Source: Candidatus Pelagibacter sp.
GTDB lineage: Bacteria > Pseudomonadota > Alphaproteobacteria > Pelagibacterales > Pelagibacteraceae
Direction of reading: 5' to 3'
Length of the DNA stretch: 64,000 nt
NCBI RefSeq assembly: GCF_052049675.1
Contig: NZ_JBNGZM010000001.1
Location: 348,242 to 412,241 of the forward strand
In this document: positions 58,637-64,000 of the stretch, piece after piece
How positions within the stretch are numbered: the first letter of the stretch is position 1
Layout: every line of letters begins with the position of its first letter
The notes under the pieces: generated by a model
Databases searched by the model: none
Told to the model about the DNA's origin: nothing
What the model saw: the letters and a program-made list of their open reading frames with translations, nothing else
Translations under genes and position numbers: made by a program

Positions 58637-58828
58637 TTATTTACTATGTGGTGGAAGCTTTTTTTCCACAAACATTTCATGTTTTCTTGTATCAGGATTA
58701 TATTTTTTTGCTGAAAGTTTTACTTTAGCTTTTTCACCACCAGCAGGTTTTTTTACGTAATAAAAGTAAGGACTATCTGGTTTCGCCTCGGGAACCATTC
58801 TTACTTTAACGTGTGTTTTTTTTGCCAT
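58637..58828 (-). CDS. rpmG: 50S ribosomal protein L33 (divergent, Cys-less)
   Basis: MAKKTHVKVRMV...YFYYVKKP...KKYNPDTRKHEMFVEKKL aligns with MAK..IKIKLVS....GfFYvT.KN.r....K...rKYDP..rkHv.fkE.Ki. Overlaps the upstream MerR gene by 23 nt. Confidence 0.65.
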   Translation of the reverse strand: MAKKTHVKVRMVPEAKPDSPYFYYVKKPAGGEKAKVKLSAKKYNPDTRKHEMFVEKKLPPHSK

Positions 58829-59189
58829 TTTTTAATTCTTTTAATTTATTTGAAATTTTAATTAACTTATTTCTAAAATTTTCAGTTCTTATAGATTTAT
58901 CTGCAATTTCGTCAAGCTTTAAAGAATCGTCATTATTTAATATTTTTTTTACACCATTTATCGTCATACCTTGGTCTTTAAGTAAAAATTTAACTTTTTT
59001 AAGAAGATTTATTGTTTTTTCATCATAATACCTTCTGTTTGAATTCAATATCTGTGGTTTAATTTGTTTAAATTGAGTCTCCCAAAATCTAATTACATGT
59101 GTCGGCAAAGCTCCTTTATTATTTGATTTAAGATTTAATATTTTGGCAACCTCACCAATAGTTTTATAAGCACTATCTGATTTATCCAT
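58806..59189 (-). CDS. MerR-family transcriptional regulator (ihfA-linked alphaproteobacterial type)
   Basis: YKTIGEVAKILNL...HVIRFWETQF...RRYYDEKTINLLKKVKFLL HTH_MerR pattern. Confidence 0.8.
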   Translation of the reverse strand: MDKSDSAYKTIGEVAKILNLKSNNKGALPTHVIRFWETQFKQIKPQILNSNRRYYDEKTINLLKKVKFLLKDQGMTINGVKKILNNDDSLKLDEIADKSIRTENFRNKLIKISNKLKELKNGKKNTR

Positions 59190-59481
59190 TATCTTTTAAA
59201 TTAATAAATTCTTTAAATTCCTTTGATGGCTTAAATAAAACAACATCCCTACTTGAAATTACTTTTGTTTCTTTAGTTTTAGGGTTTCTTCCGATTCTAG
59301 ATTTTTTTTGTCTAATAGAAAAAGTACCAAATTTAGATAATTTTAATTTTTTTTCATCTTTAATATTAGTTAATATGGTTGATAAAAAATCTTCAATTAA
59401 AGTTTCTGAAATTTGCTTTGAAAAGCCAAGCTGCATATAAACCAAATTAACTAAGTCTTTTTTAGTTAAATTAATTCTCAT
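59182..59481 (-). CDS. ihfA: Integration host factor subunit alpha
   Basis: LTKKDLVNLVY..., KLSKFGTFSIRQKKSRIGRNPKTKE. Confidence 0.88.
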   Translation of the reverse strand: MRINLTKKDLVNLVYMQLGFSKQISETLIEDFLSTILTNIKDEKKLKLSKFGTFSIRQKKSRIGRNPKTKETKVISSRDVVLFKPSKEFKEFINLKDNG

Positions 59482-59482
59482 A

Positions 59483-60484
59483 TTAAATATTCTGTTTAAT
59501 CTTTTCTATCAAATTACCTTTTACAATTCTATGACAAACATCTAGTGAATTTGAAAAACCAATATAGTCTGTTCCACCGTGACTTTTTACAACTGGTGAG
59601 TCTAAACCAATAAATATAGCCCCGTTATATAATCTTGGATCTAGTCTTTTCTTAAATTTCTTTAAGTTTGATATATTTAATAAAGATGCAATTTTACCAA
59701 ATAGTGAACCTGTCATAGCGCTTTTTAATTCACTGGTTATAAAATTTGCAGTACCTTCTGCGGTTTTTAATGCAATATTTCCTGTAAAACCATCCGATAC
59801 AATTACGTTTACCTGTCCATCCATAAGATGATTTCCTTCGATGTATCCATTGAAGTTATAATTACCTGTTTTTTTTTCATTTAATAATTGATATGTTTCT
59901 TTAATAGTCTCATTACCTTTTAATTCTTCTGAACCAATATTTAATAAAGCAACATTTGGTCTATCGTTCGGATAAAGTGATGTGTAAAGTGAAGCACCCA
60001 TAATTGAAAAATCTAGGAGATTTTTAGAACTACATTCAATATTTGCTCCTAAATCTAGGACAACACTCATGCCCTTTTTATTTGGCCATAAAGCAGACAG
60101 AGCTGGTTTATCTATATTTTCAATCATTTTTAAATTCAATTTTGATACAACTAACAGTGCTCCAGTATTGCCAGCAGATATCACTATATCGGCCTCTTTG
60201 TCTTTAACACTTTGAATAGCAAGCCACATACTCGTATCCTTACCTCTCTTAGCTCCTTCTAAAGGACTATCAGTGCTCTCAATTTTTTTTTCTGTATGAA
60301 CTATTTCAAAAAATTCTTGGGAAACTTTTCCATCTATTAATGGATGAATCATATTTTTGTTTCCAAAAATTTTAAAAAAATTTTTTTTATTTGCTGAATG
60401 ATTTAAAATAATACCATCTATTATTTTTTTTGGTGATCCATCACCACCCATTGCATCAACTGCAATTTTTATCAAATCTGACAT
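59483..60484 (-). CDS. plsX: Phosphate acyltransferase PlsX
   Basis: IAVDAMGGDGSP, SAGNTGAL, DGFTGNIALKT. Confidence 0.93.
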   Translation of the reverse strand: MSDLIKIAVDAMGGDGSPKKIIDGIILNHSANKKNFFKIFGNKNMIHPLIDGKVSQEFFEIVHTEKKIESTDSPLEGAKRGKDTSMWLAIQSVKDKEADIVISAGNTGALLVVSKLNLKMIENIDKPALSALWPNKKGMSVVLDLGANIECSSKNLLDFSIMGASLYTSLYPNDRPNVALLNIGSEELKGNETIKETYQLLNEKKTGNYNFNGYIEGNHLMDGQVNVIVSDGFTGNIALKTAEGTANFITSELKSAMTGSLFGKIASLLNISNLKKFKKRLDPRLYNGAIFIGLDSPVVKSHGGTDYIGFSNSLDVCHRIVKGNLIEKIKQNI

Positions 60485-60503
60485 TTTTATAGATTATTAT
60501 ATA

Positions 60504-60686
60504 CTATTCTTTTGGGTCTAAAACTTGTCTTCCCTTATACATGCCAGTTTTAAGGTCAAGATGATGAGAAAGTCTATATTCACCTGAATTTTTGTCTTCA
60601 ACTATGTTTTTAGTTGAAAATTTCATAGTCTGAGCTCTTCTCATTCCTGTTCTGGAAGGGGTTTGTTTACGTTTTGGTACAGCCAT
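60504..60686 (-). CDS. rpmF: 50S ribosomal protein L32
   Basis: [18 protein letters not shown]. Confidence 0.95.
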   Translation of the reverse strand: MAVPKRKQTPSRTGMRRAQTMKFSTKNIVEDKNSGEYRLSHHLDLKTGMYKGRQVLDPKE

Positions 60687-60688
60687 AA

Positions 60689-61156
60689 TTATGGGTTACT
60701 TACACTTTTTAAATAAGAATTCAAAGTTTTTTTTGATAAATTTGCATTAAAAAGATCAAAATATTCTAATAATTCCTCATTATTTTGAAAATCACTTAAA
60801 AAAGTAGAAATTTTTTTTAATTTTTCAGATCTCGATAAATCATTCCAGAAATGTATTTCGGAAACCATGGAATGAAATAAATTAATATAATCCTTCATTT
60901 TTTTATTTATAGACTGATCACCATATCCAATTTCTCTAATACTCAATTCAAGTTGTCTAAAATTGAAGTCATAAATTTCCTGTAAAATTTTCTTATTTTC
61001 TTCATTTTTATAATTTTTCAAAAAAAAGGAAAAATGTAGTAAAAAAAGGGTTAATCGATCAGAAAAATTATCTGCTCTATCAAGATTTTTATATAAATCT
61101 TTATTTCTAGTGTAATTAATTAAATTATTATAGATATGTATATATTTTTCATTCAT
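60689..61156 (-). CDS. Ubiquinol-cytochrome c chaperone (Cbp3-like, PF03981) family protein
   Basis: [18 protein letters not shown]...[25 protein letters not shown] matches the family core. Alphaproteobacterial bamE / chaperone / rpmF context. Confidence 0.7.
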   Translation of the reverse strand: MNEKYIHIYNNLINYTRNKDLYKNLDRADNFSDRLTLFLLHFSFFLKNYKNEENKKILQEIYDFNFRQLELSIREIGYGDQSINKKMKDYINLFHSMVSEIHFWNDLSRSEKLKKISTFLSDFQNNEELLEYFDLFNANLSKKTLNSYLKSVSNP

Positions 61157-61640
61157 GAATAAAATATTATATATAATTTTAATAACTTTTATAGTTTCAA
61201 ATTGCTCATTTAAACCTGTGGTAAAACATCATGGTGTACCATTTTTAGAAAAAAAACAGTCACAACTTATAGTGAATAAGAGTAATAAAAATGATATTAG
61301 AAAAATTTTAGGTAATCCGTCAACAACTAGTAAATTTGATAACGATATATGGATTTATATTGAAAGAAAACAAACACAATCAAAAATTAAAAATTTAGGT
61401 AAAATGAAAATATTTAAAAATGATGTTTTAGTTTTAGAAATTGATAATTATGGAATATTAAAAAAAAAGGATTTTTATAATAAAGATGATATGGAAAATA
61501 TAAAAATAGTTAAAGCAACTACAGAATCTGGATTTAAAAAAAATTCATTTATTTATGCATTTATGTCTAGTATGAGACAAAAAATTAATGACCCTCTTGG
61601 ACAGAGGGCCAAAAAAAGAAAAGAAATTAACCAGCGATAA
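61155..61640 (+). CDS. bamE: Outer membrane protein assembly factor BamE (SmpA/OmlA lipoprotein)
   Basis: Lipobox IVSNCS; [25 protein letters not shown]. Confidence 0.8.
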   Translation: MNKILYIILITFIVSNCSFKPVVKHHGVPFLEKKQSQLIVNKSNKNDIRKILGNPSTTSKFDNDIWIYIERKQTQSKIKNLGKMKIFKNDVLVLEIDNYGILKKKDFYNKDDMENIKIVKATTESGFKKNSFIYAFMSSMRQKINDPLGQRAKKRKEINQR

Positions 61641-63732
61641 CAGCTAATAAAAGCAAAGCCACTATATTCGTAATTTTAATCATTGGATTAACCGCAGGGC
61701 CAGCAGTATCTTTATAAGGATCACCAACTGTATCTCCTGTAACTGCAGCTTTATGGGCTTCAGAACCTTTTCCACCATGATTTCCATCTTCAATATATTT
61801 TTTTGCATTATCCCAAGCTCCACCACCTGCAGTCATTGATACCGCAACAAACAAACCAGTGATGATAACACCAAGCAACATTGCACCAACTGCAGCTAAG
61901 GCAGCAACTTGCCCGCCAATTGATAGAATTATAAAATATAAAACGACAGGTGATAAAACTGGCAACAATGATGGTATAATCATTTCCTTGATAGCAGCAA
62001 CAGTAAGTAAATCTACTAATTTAGCATAATCGGGTTTTTGTTTTCTTTTCATAATACCAGGGAATTTCTTAAATTGTCTTCTTACTTCAACTACAACTGC
62101 ACCACCTGCTCTTCCAACGGCTTGCATTCCCATTGAACCAAAAAGATATGGTAACATTCCACCAATTAATAGACCAACAACTACATAAGGATTTGATAGA
62201 TCAAAAGTAACTACAATTCCTTCTAATGCAGATCCTGCTTCTTTTGAAAAGTGTTTAATATCTTCTGTATACGCAGCGAATAAAACCAACGCACCTAAAC
62301 CAGCTGAACCAATTGCATAACCTTTTGTAACTGCTTTAGTTGTGTTACCCACAGCATCTAAAGTGTCAGTTGTTTTTCTAACTTTTTTATCAAGATTAGA
62401 CATTTCGGCAATTCCTCCAGCATTATCTGTAACTGGTCCGTATGCATCTAAAGCAACAACCATACCAGCTAAAGCAAGCATTGTAGTCACAGCAATTGCA
62501 ATACCAAAAAGTCCTGCAATAGAATTTGTAATAAGAATACCTGCAACAATTATTAATGCAGGAATAGCAGTTGCTTCCATAGAAACAGCTAGCCCTTGAA
62601 TAACATTAGTACCATGACCAGTTGTTGATGATAACGCAACAGATTTAACTGGTCTATAACTTGTTCCTGTATAGTATTCAGTTATCCAGATCAATAATCC
62701 AGTTATAACTAACCCTATAACACCACAATAATATAGATCCATACCATTAAAAGTCTTATCATTAATTGTAAATTCATTAGTAAAACCAATTACATGATCT
62801 GTTACAGGCCATAATATAACTAAAGATGCTAACGCAGAAACAACAAATCCTTTATACAAAGCATTCATAACGTTATTACTTTTTCCAAGTTTAACAAAAA
62901 ATGTTCCAACAATAGATGTTAACAAACATGCAGCACCAATGGATAAAGGGTAAATCATCATATTTAGATCACCAACAAAGAAAATAGAAGATAGAACCAT
63001 TGTTGCAACAATTGTAACAGCGTAAGTTTCAAATAGATCAGCGGCCATACCAGCACAGTCTCCTACATTGTCACCAACGTTATCTGCGATTACAGCAGGG
63101 TTTCTAGGATCATCTTCAGGAATTCCAGCTTCAACTTTTCCAACTAAATCAGCACCTACGTCAGCACCTTTTGTAAAAATTCCTCCACCTAATCTTGCAA
63201 AGATAGAAATTAAGGAAGCACCAAAACCTAATGCAACTAGAGCATTAACTATCTCTCTTTCGTCAACGTTTGATTTCAATAATATATAGTAATATACAGC
63301 TATAGCTAATAATGCTAAACCAGCAACCAACATTCCAGTTACTGCACCAGATTTAAAAGCAACTGAAAGGCCTTGAGCTAAGCCTTTTCTTGATGCTTCT
63401 GCTGTTCTTACGTTTGCCTCTACAGAGACTAACATTCCCACATAACCTGCAATTCCTGATAAGGCAGCTCCTATTAAATAGCCTAGACCTACAAGCGGAC
63501 TAAATGCAATACTTACAATAACCAAAACTACAGCACCAACAATAGCAATTGTTTTATATTGTCTTGCTAAATATGCCTTTGCACCAATTTGAATTGCAGA
63601 TGCAATATCTTGCATTTTTGCATTTCCTGCACTTGAATTAAGAATATTTTTACCTGTTAAAAATCCATAAACGATAGATAATAAACCAGCTCCGATTGTG
63701 TATAAAAGTATTGTTTCGACAGTTCCGCTCAT
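61627..63732 (-). CDS. hppA: K+-independent H+-translocating pyrophosphatase
   Basis: [35 protein letters not shown] (Lys in GNTTKA is diagnostic of the K+-independent type), [10 protein letters not shown] prefer ATG 63732 ([10 protein letters not shown]) to the track start at 63780. Confidence 0.93.
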   Translation of the reverse strand: MSGTVETILLYTIGAGLLSIVYGFLTGKNILNSSAGNAKMQDIASAIQIGAKAYLARQYKTIAIVGAVVLVIVSIAFSPLVGLGYLIGAALSGIAGYVGMLVSVEANVRTAEASRKGLAQGLSVAFKSGAVTGMLVAGLALLAIAVYYYILLKSNVDEREIVNALVALGFGASLISIFARLGGGIFTKGADVGADLVGKVEAGIPEDDPRNPAVIADNVGDNVGDCAGMAADLFETYAVTIVATMVLSSIFFVGDLNMMIYPLSIGAACLLTSIVGTFFVKLGKSNNVMNALYKGFVVSALASLVILWPVTDHVIGFTNEFTINDKTFNGMDLYYCGVIGLVITGLLIWITEYYTGTSYRPVKSVALSSTTGHGTNVIQGLAVSMEATAIPALIIVAGILITNSIAGLFGIAIAVTTMLALAGMVVALDAYGPVTDNAGGIAEMSNLDKKVRKTTDTLDAVGNTTKAVTKGYAIGSAGLGALVLFAAYTEDIKHFSKEAGSALEGIVVTFDLSNPYVVVGLLIGGMLPYLFGSMGMQAVGRAGGAVVVEVRRQFKKFPGIMKRKQKPDYAKLVDLLTVAAIKEMIIPSLLPVLSPVVLYFIILSIGGQVAALAAVGAMLLGVIITGLFVAVSMTAGGGAWDNAKKYIEDGNHGGKGSEAHKAAVTGDTVGDPYKDTAGPAVNPMIKITNIVALLLLAVIAG

Positions 63733-63808
63733 ATTAACCTTAAGTTGTTGGTTGTTAAATTTTAAGCCCGCACAATACAAAAAAAGATAAAAAAGACAAC
63801 GATTAACT

Positions 63809-64000
63809 TCTAAAACCGATGAATATAACCTTTGGATTTAGCTTGTATTTGCTTGCCTTTTACATCGAATATCAAAGATCTACCTTTACCAGATACAATT
63901 TTACCAATTTTAGTTATTTTAATGCCGGTTGTTTTAGACGCTTTTTTAATGATTCTAGCTTTCTTGATATCTGCGGTAAATAAAACCTGATAATCATCTC
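63809..64000 (-). CDS. thiL: Thiamine-monophosphate kinase ThiL, C-terminal fragment (5' end off window)
   Basis: Own translation: ...[62 protein letters not shown]. It shows the ThiL-type (E)DYxxLFT and terminal GYxHF motifs. Confidence 0.65.

Noticed and set aside
60689-61156. Apparent absence of the YceD/DUF177 gene that usually precedes rpmF.
   Set aside because: The gene directly upstream of rpmF is the Cbp3-like chaperone. Absence from this locus says nothing about the rest of the genome, and the recalled synteny is not universal, so it is not a supportable finding from this window alone.

Overview
This is a very A+T-rich, extremely gene-dense 64-kb chromosomal window. Many genes overlap by 1-23 nt and most intergenic gaps are under 100 bp. 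Gene content and synteny are alphaproteobacterial and most consistent with a streamlined SAR11/Pelagibacterales-type genome. Supporting blocks are dgt-argS-nagZ-scpAB-tatABC-serS-yajC-secDF, uvrA/ssb-gyrA, tmk-holB-metG-tatD-MBL and rpmF-plsX-ihfA-merR, plus a SAM-V-like leader on metY. I can support about 80 CDS (two run off the window ends) and four tRNAs (Lys-UUU, Ser-UGA, Pro-UGG, Glu-UUC). I see no rRNA, CRISPR array, transposase or prophage module. Most of the window is ordinary housekeeping. Four places deserve a second look. (1) A zinc-homeostasis cluster at 1-5800: divergent znuA / znuCB-zur with two Zur-box-like palindromes. znuA appears to head an operon continuing into a COG0523 metallochaperone GTPase and a translationally coupled WD40 protein, and the ZnuA His/Asp loop is built from 45-bp tandem repeats. 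(2) A small accessory islet directly downstream of tRNA-Glu (about 43.85-50.47 kb): GIY-YIG nuclease, three glycosyl/glycerophosphotransferase genes, a Cre-like tyrosine recombinase with a lox-like palindrome, and a 2-TM peptide coupled to a single-domain MGMT. (3) That islet ends in a 510-bp ORF-free spacer between convergent genes, an outlier for this genome. (4) Two paralogous SAM-II/SAM-V-like pseudoknot motifs lie in tandem in the metY leader. I could not identify a clear-cut novel multi-gene system such as a defence system. The znuA-COG0523-WD40 operon and the tRNA-Glu islet are the best candidates, and both are hypotheses that need comparative and experimental checks.
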